Counted from the stretch's first letter, positions 1 to 12,907 are shown. The stretch is DNA of 55,075 nucleotides from Octopus bimaculoides (GCF_001194135.2 NC_068986.1:110085352-110140426), one strand, 5' to 3'. A program made the numbers and translations. The notes: generated by a model from the letters alone, not told the origin.

Positions 1-279
1 GGGGAGGTAACTCCTTAATCTTTTCAATTGCTACCGCTCTCCTGTGAATGTCTACTAGATTAATTTATTTTATTTATTTATTTATTAATTTATTTATTAA
101 TTTATTTATTAATTTAATTATTAATTTATTTTTCAATGTTTCTTTATTTTAGTGATTATCCCCGATAGGTAGATTATTTTTGTTGCCCCTGGGAGGTTAT
201 CATTGCTATTATTTTATTTTATATTATTACCGTGCCTCATTATATGATAATATATTGAAATATTACTGAATATATCAGT

Positions 280-900
280 GACGGAGCTTGAAAAGATTCC
301 TAGGAGCAAGGATTTCTGGAGAGAATTCCCTTAGCCCAATAATGTGTGAGAAAATTGTTAAGTAATAGATAATTTACATAAGATACGAAATAGAGGATGA
401 AGTGGAGGAATGAAAATAGATGTGAGATATGCAGGGATATTGCATTATTTAGGCAGAATGGTATACATATAAGATTCCAATACCTTGTGAGTAAAATCCA
501 GTAGTATCTAAAATTGGTCATTCTAAGTATTGAGTTCTTTTTACACAGTGCTATTGAATCAAGGGTTTTATTTAAAGTGACCTAAAAGTTGGGAATGTAT
601 TTGTCAGGTCAAATCGAAAACAAGAAGATAGGAATAACGAAAAGAGATGGGTAGTACCCATCTCTCTGCCCCATCACTTAGACTCTATTACTACATTACT
701 GACACTCCCTTACTTTTTACTAAAGGTTATTGTGTGTAGGTCAGGAATGCGTGGAGGAGGTGAAATTAGCTGATGCACCTTATAATTTCTGGGCCAAATG
801 ATACATAAAACCTGGAGAACATCTTTTTAATTACCAAATGAATACCATCTCCATGCGAGAACGGTAGATAATCCCAAGAATCACGAATTCTCCAAAGCTG
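280..900 (-). mobile_element. Possible very old LINE endonuclease/linker remnant
   Basis: Minus strand gives scattered motif-like pieces (ILGIIYRS, FRYYW, FIP) reminiscent of APE-type LINE ORF2; heavily disrupted. Confidence 0.2.
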
Positions 901-915
901 ATCGGACATTAAAGA

Positions 916-1047
<132 letters not shown>

Positions 1048-1684
1048 AGTCGTTGATATAAATTTCTGCCTTGGTAAGCGTCACCAGCATGATAATTAGC
1101 CGATCTCCAGCAGCTAAGAAATGTAGATATATACAAAAAGAGTCCACCACAATTACGGCCTAAGTAATTTATATAAATTTATTAAAACTGAGCTAAGAGA
1201 AATAACTTAGATTGGCCAGTGTCTATGCTCTTCAAGTACATACTAGAACAACATAGACTAATACAGAGACATTAAATACAATACAACATAAATTGTTAAC
1301 TTATTAAATCATCTCCGCGGATAGAGGATGTGCCACAATTATCAAGTGCCATTTGAGAACAGATCCATATGAAAAGGGAAATAACCACAAGAATGTATGT
1401 ATAAACAAATAAATCTATGAAAGATCATGGGATGCATTACTATGAATCTACATTCCACAACCACCTACCTAGATATATTATATACACACTCATATATATA
1501 TATATAATACATACACACATACACACACATACATACACACACATACATACACACAGACACAAACTCATGTATATGCACGGCAAATCAAATAACAAAACTC
1601 AAAATGAAATCCAAAGTACCTACCCAAATAGTATTAGGTAGAAGTTCAAAGGAGGAAAATATTATAAAGTGAGAGTTATTGAAT

Positions 1685-1720
1685 AAACGTATAACGTTTC
1701 GGACATAATCCATCGTCAAA
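1685..1720 (-). ncRNA. Decayed hammerhead-ribozyme-like core (Penelope-type)
   Basis: Minus strand TTGACGA-t-GGA-ttatg-TCC-GAA-ACGT-tat-ACGT-T: stem II and stem III pair, C3 replaced by U, stem I not convincing. Confidence 0.4.
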
Positions 1721-1845
1721 TATAGTCATATATACAAAAGTCGCGGGAAGAGAAGAAAATATGGTGGGTAAGAGATAAGAAAAAAGAGACATATGAAAAC
1801 GCACTGATGTAACATCTACGTTCAAATACTCACATATGCATGTGC

Positions 1846-1913
<68 letters not shown>
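1846..1913. repeat. (TATC)n microsatellite; further arrays at about 2808-2892, 3015-3150, 9140-9210, 11113-11172, 36865-36915
   Basis: Direct reading. Confidence 0.97.
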
Positions 1914-2807
1914 NNNNNNNNNNTATATATATATATATATACACATATATATGTGTGTGTGTGTATGTACATGGATATGCATATATCTATCTATCTCTAT
2001 ATATATTAATATATGTATATATACATATGTATTACACAGTGATGCACATATATGTGTGTATATGTATGTGCATGTATATAAAATGTCTAAAATATGCACA
2101 CGTCTGCTGTGCATGTGATACACACAGCAGAGCATGGAGTATATTTTAAAAATGCCTAATTAATGTATTCGCTTGAAGCAATAACTCAATTTATTCCAGA
2201 ATCGGAATAGAAGAGAATTAACCCTATATATAAATATAGCCTGAGGAGTTTTTTCCTATTTGTCAGGTATTTCATGCGATATGAGTTAGATAGTTAAAAG
2301 GCTTCGTGACTTGGTTGTTTACAGCTATTTGATAATTTCTTTGCTGCTTTCGTCAGAGAGATTGAAACAGTGAACAAGATTGCGCGAAAGTGAGAAAGTA
2401 AAAGAGGGATATGTGTGTGTTTGAGAAAGACGAAGAGAGACAAATAGATGAAATGTAGATAGATGGATAGTTGAAAGGATACATAGATAGATTGATAGAG
2501 ATGGGGATAAAGTGGAACGTAAATCTGAAGATAGAGAATGCATGGTGATAATAAGTGTTGGTGACTGTGTTCGTAGTGATGGTGGAGTATATAAGATATG
2601 ATAAATTGTGAAACGGAATAGAAAGGAGAGTAAGTGAAAGAGGGATTGAGAGTAAATGGGTGAGAGTGAGAGGGAGAGTAGGAGATTGAAAGAGAAGGCG
2701 TATTAAAGAGAGATTAGCGATAGTAAAACAGGAGAGAAACAGAAATGAGAAGTAACAAAAAGATGGGAGAAAGAAAAACAATGAAGAGAGGTGAAGTGTG
2801 TCGGTAT

Positions 2808-2881
<74 letters not shown>

Positions 2882-3028
2882 GTCTATCTATCTTCCACGT
2901 TTTTTTTTCTTCCCGCGATCTCTTTTGATCGAAATTATCCCCCCCCCAAGAAAAGCTCTACTTTGTAATTTGTCCATTTTCTGTATTTAGCCCTGTGTGG
3001 TTATAATAAAAAGATATCTGTCTATCTA

Positions 3029-3063
<35 letters not shown>

Positions 3064-3144
3064 GATTGTCTGTCTGTCTATCTATCTATCTATCTATGTA
3101 TGTCTGTCTGTCTATCTATCTATCTATCTATCTATGTCTGTCTG

Positions 3145-3209
<65 letters not shown>

Positions 3210-6030
3210 NNNNNNNNNNNNNNNNNNNNNNNNNNNNNNNNNNNNNNNNNNNNNNNNNNNNNNNNNNNNNNNNNNNNNNNNNNNNNNNNNNNNNNNNNNN
3301 NNNNNNNNNNNNNNNNNNNNNNNNNNNNNNNNNNNNNNNNNNNNNNNNNNNNNNNNNNNNNNNNNNNNNNNNNNNNNNNNNNNNNNNNNNNNNNNNNNNN
3401 NNNNNNNNNNNNNNNNNNNNNNNNNNNNNNNNNNNNNNNNNNNNNNNNNNNNNNNNNNNNNNNNNNNNNNNNNNNACCGCCGCCTCACCACCACCACCAC
3501 CACCACTGCCGCCGCCGCCGCCACCACCACCACTAGTATCATTACTGAAGGTATACAATACATGTATTTATAAAAATCATTATTTCTGCTATGGAAATAT
3601 AGAATCGATTTTGTGTTTGATTTTTTAATACATATCAGAGGAGGAATTCTAATCGAACGCCGATCAAATTAATTATAATCATATTTATACACTAATTTGG
3701 CAAGAAATATTTTACATCAGGGAATAGTGGAGGCCGAAATCTAGGCTAAAGATCTGACTTCCGGGAATTTTACAGACTAAAGATGGAGGCTAAAGATCTC
3801 ACATCCGGGAATTGGAATCGAGGTTGAATGTTTATAATTAAGAAAAAAAATTGCTCTATTAATATTTATTTTAAGTTTTTACTTCTGTATTATTTTTAAT
3901 AAATATTGGTGGAAGATTATTTATGCGTAGAATTAAGAAATATAACAGCGGCAACAGCAACAATAACAACATAAAATTCAACAGAAATATTTGCCAATAT
4001 CTGTGAAACCCCTTAAGGGAAGGAAAAATCAAAATAAATATTAGGTTTGTTTATTTTTATCTTAACCGATTGAAGAGCTCTCAGTATTCGGGTCGATTAT
4101 GACAGTGAATGAAGGAAGAGAGCAGAACATAGTGTTGTTGGGAGGCTGAAGCGTAGCTAAGAGTGTCGGAGAAATCTGTGCATTAGAAATACATGATAAG
4201 AGTGCAAAGCTAGCCTAGAGATATATTTATATATGGGAATGAGACACCTGAAGACAATTGGGGAAAAGACCGATCGAATGAAGTGCAAAATATGTGTGAA
4301 TGTTTGTGTGTGTGCGCGTGTGTGCGTGTGTGTGTGCATATGCGCGTCTGTGTCTGTATGTGCTTGCGTATGTAAGCTTTTATGTTCGGAGGTGTATGTA
4401 AGAATGTATGTATGCGTGCGTTTGAAAGGATTGGAGAATGAACCGAATTTGAAATATGTGTAAAACAAACGTGTGTTTATAATTGTATAATTATAGACAC
4501 ATTTGTTTTACACATATTTCAAATTCCTTTTGTGCACATTTGCAAATGGGAGAGAGCGTGTGTGACTGGGTGTATATAAGAGCGAAATACTTGAAAATAA
4601 CTGCAAAGCGATTCAGCCTAAATTATGTTTAAAAGAACTACGCGCGCGCGTGTGTGTGTGTGCATTTCTGCGCTTCTTTCTGAGTGAGTGCGTGTGTATG
4701 TATGCATGTATGTGTGTTTGTATGTATGTATGTATGTATGTATGTATGCACGTATATATGTTTGTATGCGTGTACGTATGTTTGTATGTTTGAATGAACA
4801 GTATGCATGTATGTTTGTATGTATGCATATATTTATGTATGTGTGTGTGTGTGTTTTGTACTTATTACGTGTATTCAAATACACCATTGAGTCTCGCTGA
4901 CAAGATGTAAAGAAAGTTCCAAAGAAAGTCTTTAGTTTCTGCTCCCAAAACTCAAACACCGACGCATGCACCAACCGTCAAAGATGCACGCGCGCGAACG
5001 CACACACGCACACGCACAGAGAAAACAAATAGACATAAACACACACACATACAAACTCAGATATATACATACACAAACAAATGGAATGCTATTGCTTACA
5101 TTCTTGGATTTCAGAATTAGCCAGGCTTAGAAATAGATGAAGTTTACAAAATCTGTTAAGACTATTGCTGTACAATTATTTCTGGTGGCTGACAGAAGTG
5201 CAACACCTGTCACCAGGTGAGAATGTACTCCACTGATGATGACAAAATCAATCGAAACATACCTGAAACCAATCATTGCTGTGTTTACAGACGTTGAATC
5301 TAGTACGGCCTCACATGTCACACTCCTGCATATTATAATAATGTATTACACTGAATCAACGAGGGAAAAAGCTAAGGAGGGAGCTTCTATGTGGTTGCTC
5401 AACTTGCTAGAAATGACAGCCAAATGTCTCTCAAACCCCTCTTAGAAGCAGAAACGTTGGAAGACAAGATTCTAGATTTCCTACACAGAGAAAGACATGG
5501 GTTAGTCACGGTTGTAATGGTCTCGACCTTAGATTTGGACGATCAGGGCTAGTCTGGAGTTATGGTCATCCACCTCATTATGAATATGACACAACACGGA
5601 TGGAACTCGAGAATTGTAACAAGCTGACCCGTGGGCATGGAGGAGGGTCTCTCACTGATGCCTCATGATGATTTCGCTTTTTTAGACAGTAGGATCTTAT
5701 TTGAAACCAGTTTTAGTTGCTATTTCTTACAGGTCTAAAACTACATAGGGGCTCTGCAGTTTTAATTCTCATTGAAACAGCATCTTCGTTGCATTATTTT
5801 CCCTTCGGCTTCACCTTTCATTCTCTACAGAAACGAGAAAACATCACAACATCACATGCTTCTTCAAAAAAATAAGCCCAAATGGTGTTTATTTGAGTGA
5901 AATCCTTGGATTGTGATGTAATTTTCATTTTATCAGAAAGTGACAGACAGAAGAATCAATTCTTTCTCCTTTATTCGTTGGAGGGAAAATGAAAAAAAAG
6001 AAAACAACCAGAAATAAATGGAGACATAAT

Positions 6031-6031
6031 T

Positions 6032-6081
<50 letters not shown>

Positions 6082-6135
6082 TGTTGCTGTTGTTGTTGTA
6101 GTTGAAGTAGTAGTATTATTACTAAAAGTTGTAGT
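6031..6135. repeat. (TAG)n/(TTG)n compound microsatellite
   Basis: Direct reading. Confidence 0.97.
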
Positions 6136-6463
6136 TGTCGCAGTTGTAGAATTAATAGTAGAACTGAAATGGAGAAGAAGGAAAATGAGGAGAAATAATC
6201 CTTCGTTTTCTAAAAGTATCCTTAAAATGGACATCAGCAACAATGTTTCAAGTAATGTACCTGAAAAATCGTTTAATTTTTGAAAGAAGCCGGCAGCAAC
6301 TTAACAACAAAGGAAGCAGTGAGACCCAAAAGAAAGAAAACAAAACAAAAACAATTGTTACATGTCATATTTTGATGAGGTTTTACCCAAAAAAAAAAAA
6401 AAAATCCTCATTATGATTCTCATACTTCTACTCCTCATCACCTTCTACTCGTGTCCGCATCAC

Positions 6464-6577
6464 TCTTCTTCTTCTTCTTCTTCTTCTTCTTCTTCTTCTT
6501 CTTCTTCTTCTTCTTCTTCTTCTTCTTCTTCTTCTTCTTCTTCTTCTTCTTTTCTTCTTCTTCTTCTTCTTCTTCTT

Positions 6578-6610
<33 letters not shown>

Positions 6611-6670
6611 ATTACTATCATCATCATCATCATCATCATCACCGTCATTATTATTTTTATCATTATTATA
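6464..6670. repeat. Compound (TTC)n-(TAC/TAT)-(CAT)n microsatellite continuous with the tail of the adjacent minus-strand LINE
   Basis: Direct reading. Confidence 0.95.
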
Positions 6671-6689
6671 CGAACACCTGATTCATAAC

Positions 6690-7335
6690 AAAGGGCCACA
6701 GCAGGTAACCTTAGATGCTAAAAACTTTGCTGAATATCCTAACCCTCCCCAATAACATTGTTTTCCGGCGCTGTACTAGACTGGGTCTTATGACAATTTA
6801 TCAGCTACAAAATCAGGGTCTTAAGACTATTCATTGTCTACTAAATCAGGTATTTGAGCTTCTATTGCTCTGTCATTCTGAAAGTTAAAGTCCAACAACA
6901 TCTTATATTTCTTACTTTCTAGTTATTTACAGGGTTCATGTTCATACCATTTATTAATATGGTCAAATCCTAGCTTGCTATATAGTTCCCAGTGGATTAC
7001 TCTCCCAAGTTTGTCATGTCGTTTCTTGTATTCTTTCTGTGCCAGCATGTTACATTCATTTACTCTATGAGTAACACTTTCCTGTTTTGACTTGCATAAT
7101 CTACATTGAGAATCAGCTTCGTTTTGTCTATCTTGGCTTCTATCTAATTAGTCTTTAATTCTTGATCCTGTGCTGCTACTACCAAACTTTCCGTCTCCCT
7201 TTTAAGCCTTTCTTTCTGGAACCATACTCATGTCTCACTTCTACAATTTGCTGCATTTATCTTTGGGAATCTACCATGCAAACTCTCCTCTTGCCAGTGA
7301 GATCATTTCCGCTCTTTGTTCTGGTTTTAAACTTT
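6690..7335 (-). mobile_element. R4/Dong-like RLE-LINE, 5'-truncated 3' fragment
   Basis: Minus strand reads LHGRFP...LKRETESLVVAAQDQ...QCRLCKSKQESVTHRVNECNMLAQKEYKKRHDKLGRVIHWEL (CCHC-type knuckle, RHD motif) with stops and frameshifts. Confidence 0.85.
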
Positions 7336-7339
7336 ATTC

Positions 7340-7382
7340 ATTCATTCATTTTTTATTATTATTTTGATTATTATTTACGGCA

Positions 7383-7451
<69 letters not shown>

Positions 7452-7452
7452 G
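7340..7452. repeat. (TTA)n microsatellite at the 5' junction of the LINE
   Basis: Direct reading. Confidence 0.97.
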
Positions 7453-7459
7453 TGAGGAT

Positions 7460-7876
7460 GATGTTGAGATAATGAAAATATTACTAAAAACTTTCATTAT
7501 TTATGATGAATTTTACATATTATAATAATATTATTAATAAAAACTATAAGATTAAAAACAACAATAATAAAAAAGTTTATAATCATGATAATTGTAACAA
7601 CAAATATGATTATAATAAGAGATGCGGCTGAGGATGAAGCCAACGATGATACTGATGAAAAGGTTGATATTGTGGATGATGATGCTGATGATGATGCTGA
7701 TTAAAAAAGTAATAAATTTTGAAAATAAATCTGATGTCGGAGATGACAGTGAAAATAACAATGATGAAGATGATAATTATGGTAATGAAGATTATGATGG
7801 AGCCGTTGGGGATGATGAATGTGCTCAGAATGTTGATGTTGTTGATGATGATGATGATGATGACGACGACGACGCT

Positions 7877-7918
<42 letters not shown>

Positions 7919-8300
7919 AATAGTAGATGTGGTCGTGATTGTGCACGTGGTGGTGCTGTTAGAGGTGATGCTGATAGTGCAGTGGTGTTGGAGGAGTGGT
8001 TGTAGTGGTAATGGTGTTGGTGGTATTGGTTGTGATGATGATGGTGGCGATGATTATTTTGATTGTAATAGTGATGAATATGATGTGGACGTATGTGGCG
8101 AAGGTAGTGGTGACGAAGGAAAATGATGACGTTATATAAGGATGGCAGCGATGATGGAGGTGGTGATGTTGAATAATGATGACAACGATGATGATGATGA
8201 TGGTGGTGGTGGTGATGGTGAATGAAAATGACGACGATAATGATGATGAACACGGTGACGACAACAACAACACGAGCAAGAACAATGTGGATAATGAAGA
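7460..8300. repeat. Degenerate trinucleotide mosaic (GAT/GGT/GCT/GTT/AAT)
   Basis: Long stretches of triplet register with T in third position; gives spurious D-, M- and H-rich ORFs. Confidence 0.9.
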
Positions 8301-8377
8301 TGCCGATAATTATAACATTGAATTGAGGGATTGACTACAATGTGAACGTAATAGAGATATAAATAAATAAGATAAAT

Positions 8378-8419
<42 letters not shown>

Positions 8420-8799
8420 NNNNNNNNNNATATATATGAATGTATGTATGTACGTGTATATATACATGTGTGTAGCTGTACGCTGGCCTGTGGTTGCAGC
8501 AGGAACATGTAGAACAAGACTTGATGAGAGAGTCAGCGTGTATCTACGTGTATAAAGTGGTAACGTGAAGAATTGCAGCGAAAATCAATTGCAACGTACG
8601 TCACTTGATATCGACATAAGGCGAATCATTGCGAGAAAGGAACAGCAGGGAATTATGGGAAATTCATTAACATGATTTCTCTTTTAAATGCAACTCAACA
8701 TATATGACATAAATACAAGAAATACAGTAAATAAAATATACATGTGTGTGCATGTATATATTTATGTACATACATGTATGTAATCTACTTGTGTGCGTT

Positions 8800-8863
<64 letters not shown>

Positions 8864-8967
8864 NNNNNNNNNNNNNNNNNNNNNNNNNNNNNNNNNNNNN
8901 NNNNNNNNNNNNNNNNNNNNNNNNNNNNNNNNNNNNNNNNNNNNNNNNNNNNNNNNNNNNNNNNNNN

Positions 8968-9002
<35 letters not shown>

Positions 9003-9139
9003 CATATATTTGTATATACATGGATGTGCATATATATACAAACATAAAACATGCATGCACTTATATGTAAATCCGTATGTATGAATATAAACATACAATG
9101 TATATCCCCACATGGACACACTGCACACACACATATTTA

Positions 9140-9210
<71 letters not shown>

Positions 9211-9239
9211 AATACACACTTGTATGTGAATCTACACGT

Positions 9240-10390
9240 ATCTGGCGCTATAAAACGACAACGATAGAACCCCAAATGTACATCCAATGTGACATCGACT
9301 GGACGATTCAGCTGCTAAGGCAACATGAACAGTATAAGAAACTGCATTCAATTTCAAAGGGAGCATATAGATATAGACGTGAGCTGAACTTGATTGATTA
9401 TGATGATGGCAATGAGGACACACTACCCATTGACTGAAAAGTGCAAAACAAAAGCCAAAGAAGAAAGCTTGAAGGAAATATCAAGACTGTATCAAGAAAA
9501 GCCATTGCATGGGCGATAACCAAAACGCGTTGGGTGTGCTAATGGAGATATGAGAAGGATCCATCATTGGCTGCAAAGTGATGGCTTGAAATCGAAAGAA
9601 AAGGATTTATCCTAGCGGCACAAGATCAGTGGATCCTCACTCGGAACTAGGAAGCTAATGTCACACACAATGAGCTGGCAGAATGGTTAGCATGCCGGGC
9701 GAAATGCTTAGCGGTATTTCGTCTGCCGCTACGTTCTGAGTTCAAATTCCGCAGAGGTCGACTTTACCATTCATCCTTTCGGGGTCGATTAAATAAGTAC
9801 CTGTTATGCACTGGGGTCGATGTAATCGACTTAATCCGTTTGTCTGTCCTCGTGTGTCCCCTCTGTGTGTAGCCCCTTGTGGGTAGTAAAGAAATAACAC
9901 AATGAGGTAGACACAAAGTGTAGACCCTGTAATGACAAACTTGAGAGTATTCACCACATTGTTGCCGGTTGCTCAATCCTTGGACCTATAGAATATAATA
10001 CCAAGCATGATTGAGTCGGCCAATGCTTGCACTGGGGTGTATGCCATCACTATGGTAGCCGGCAACCTAAGAACTGATATGAACACCATCTAGAGCCAGT
10101 CACTAAACGAGAGAATGTTATCATCCTATGGGATTGTGGGATACATACAGGCAAATAAATGTAAAAGACCATCGTCAGCAAAGACCTAAAGCAAAAAAAA
10201 AAGCCTGTTAATTGATATGACAGTGCTTACAGATAGGAACATCTCAGCAAAGGAATATGAAAAACTGTCGAAATACGAGGGCCTTGAGATTGAGACATCT
10301 AGGTGACCATCCCTGTTATTGTAGGTGCCCTGAGAATGATCAAGAAAGGTACTGAAAAATTACTCCAAGGTTCAATAGAGATGTGAGCCT
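9240..10390 (+). mobile_element. R4/Dong-like RLE-LINE fragment interrupted by a SINE
   Basis: YQEKPLHGR, ILAAQDQWILTRN, then after the SINE KCRPCNDKLESIHHIVAGC..KHD, IILWD, KEYEKLSKYEGLEIE and an IVGALRMIKKG-type motif. Confidence 0.88.
9675..9896 (+). mobile_element. tRNA-type SINE, family A
   Basis: B-box GAGTTCAAATTCC; near-identical to 41531-41770; flanked by 10-bp direct repeat ACACAATGAG (9665-9674 and 9897-9906). Confidence 0.92.
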
Positions 10391-10424
10391 AAGTAAAAGC
10401 TAACAATGCCTCAAAAGCCCTGGA

Positions 10425-10660
10425 CTAAAAGCTGAAATGGAAGGATTGATTCTCGCTGCACAAGACCAATGTTTCGCTACGAACAGTTAGAAAAGAAAAA
10501 TAATGTATAAAGGCCCTAACACGAAATATAGAATGTGTAACCAGCACAATGTGACAGTTGACCACATCATTTCTGGTTGTCCAGTTCTTGACAAATCTGA
10601 ATATATATATATACAGACACGACTGAGTAATTAGCTATACCCACTGGACAATATTTTGTT
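10425..10660 (+). mobile_element. Additional R4/Dong-like fragment (knuckle region)
   Basis: GLKAEMEGLILAAQDQCFATN..YRMCNQHNVTVDHIISGCPVL..RHD. Confidence 0.8.
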
Positions 10661-10664
10661 TATA

Positions 10665-10803
10665 AGGTGGGCTTCTATTGTCCATCAAGTCAACCGAACG
10701 CAACTGGAGTAATCTCAGGATTATGGAAGCCCTTTTTAGAAATAAACTGAGATCAGCCATTCACAACAGGGAGGGACTACACGAAGGAGACTGGTTGCTA
10801 TAG
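10665..10803 (+). mobile_element. Penelope-like element, GIY-YIG endonuclease C-terminus
   Basis: LRIMEALFRNKLRSAIHNREGLHEGDWLL* resembles the E-x-L-x-I...P-x-(I/L)-N end of PLE endonucleases. Confidence 0.5.
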
Positions 10804-11110
10804 CAACAGCAGTCCACGCATGTCAGCTCCTTCCTTCATCCCCTGCACTCTCCTACACACCTAAGCAACAACCTTTTCCAGCTACTGCTTTTCTGAATGT
10901 CCCGATGGAGGCGGCGGGGGGGGGGGGTCTTCACCCCAAAATATAAAAACAAAAGGTAAAACTGCAACGCTGTTCTATCTTCTCATTTGTAGTTTACTTT
11001 GTAATTTTTCACTTTGTTCCAGCTTTACATAACTACATTCTTTAAAATATATATCTATGTTTCCATCACGGTCTCTCTCACTCTCTATTCCTCCCACTAT
11101 CTCTTTCCCC

Positions 11111-11171
<61 letters not shown>

Positions 11172-12084
11172 TCATCAATGCATCAGAAGCCAGAAAATCC
11201 CTTACAACAGCATAAGCCAACGATTCGTTCAGCCTGCTGGAAATAGCAGCCAAATCTCTCTCACATCACACTAAACACTTAACAAAAGAAAAACAAAAAA
11301 ACACAAAATTCTTCTATATGCATTGTCTTTAAAATAAAGAAGGGACACTTTTGGCTGGGGTTAAATTAAAATATGTTGTTTCAATGATAATATCACTGAC
11401 AAAACCCGAAATAGCACAACAAAAATTATCCACAGTTGCACCAAAAATAGCAGCCACGCTAGCAACAGCGATAGCATCAACAATAAAAATCAGCAAAAGC
11501 AACAGAATGAAGCAGAAAAGAGGGAGAAAACAAAACAAAATCAACAACAGTAGCAACAACGTTAACAATAATAGCAAGTGTAAGGTTTAAAAACACATAC
11601 ACACAAGCAATAAGAAACGCACGGATATACATATACACTCACACAAATACGCATTCACACGCATATGCACGCACACTCTTGCAGAGTTGGTGGGTGTTGA
11701 ACATAACTAACAAACATTGGTGCAATTTTCAATCTGTGCCAACCAATCAAAGAATGGCGGCAAGATGGAATTCCTCAGCTGAAATGATTCACTTTGACAT
11801 ATTAATGGATGTTTGATAGGAAAACGACTTGAGGGTAATCTTCTTAGCCGTGTTATCTCTCTGATAGTTCTGCGATTCTTACCGACATTTTTGCCGGAAT
11901 CAGGATTGCAACATCAAAACCTGGCAGCAATCATTTTAAAGAGTTTCCTCAGAATATAATTTCACTAACAGTTCCGCCATATTGTTATATTTGCATTTCA
12001 ACAACTTTTACAAAACATTTCTACTTCGTACCGAAACACAAGTGAAACGAAAAAGTACTCTACTTGCTTAAAGCGTGAACTTCT

Positions 12085-12505
12085 ATATGTATGTGTGCAT
12101 GCATGTATGTATGTATGTATGTATGAATGTATATATATGTATATATGTATGAATGTATGTATGTGTGTATAATGCGTATATGTATGAATGTGTTTGTACG
12201 CATTCAAGAGTGCAAGTATGTATGTATGTATGTATGAATGTATGTATATATGTATGTATATATGTATGTATGAATGTATGTATGCATATATTATGTATGT
12301 ATGTATATATGTATATTTGTATGAATGTATGTATGTAAATATGCATGTTTGTATGTATGTATGAATATATGTATGCATGAATGTATGAATGTATGTATGA
12401 ATGTATGTATGTATGTATGTATGTATGAATGTATGTATGTATATATTTATGTATGTATGTATATATGTATGTATTGTATATATGTATGCATTTATGTATG
12501 TATGT
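12085..12505. repeat. Degenerate (TATG)n tetranucleotide array, about 420 bp
   Basis: Direct reading; source of YIHT/MYVC ORFs. Confidence 0.96.
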
Positions 12506-12865
12506 TAGTGTGACCGAATAATTACCGATTTCGCTTCGCAACCTCGACATATCTGCGACGATCCCACTGCTAGCACCTTTGGCAAATGTTATTTTCTATC
12601 ACCTCCGATCCATTTATATTGTGAGCAAACTTTGTTTCAGAAAAGTTGCATAGAAGGCCGTCAAACTGATTGTATTTGTAGTCGTGACAGATTGTGTGAA
12701 AAAAATTAGCGCGCACACTATAACGAAGAGTATTACGTTAAGGACGAAGTTTCCTGCAGAATATTCAGTCGCTCCATAAGTAATTAATGAAGGTGATCGA
12801 AAAAACTGAGTCATCATCGTCGAAACTGACGGAGCACCATCAATGCTTCTTTGTATGCATGCATG

Positions 12866-12905
<40 letters not shown>

Positions 12906-12907
<2 letters not shown>

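Noticed and set aside
2315-2365. Minus-strand CTGACGA...GAAA hammerhead candidate
   Set aside because: Stems I and II do not pair.
3743-3813. 27-bp direct repeats spaced 44 bp apart, CRISPR-like at a glance
   Set aside because: Only two copies plus a partial; eukaryotic context, no cas genes; a simple local duplication.
5110-5520. Short ORFs and an AG/GT pair suggesting an exon
   Set aside because: All three frames from the acceptor hit stops; no motif recognised.
9675-9770. tRNA genes at SINE heads (also 23861, 34098, 35372, 41531)
   Set aside because: A and B boxes are present but no cloverleaf is evident, and each continues into a repeated SINE body.
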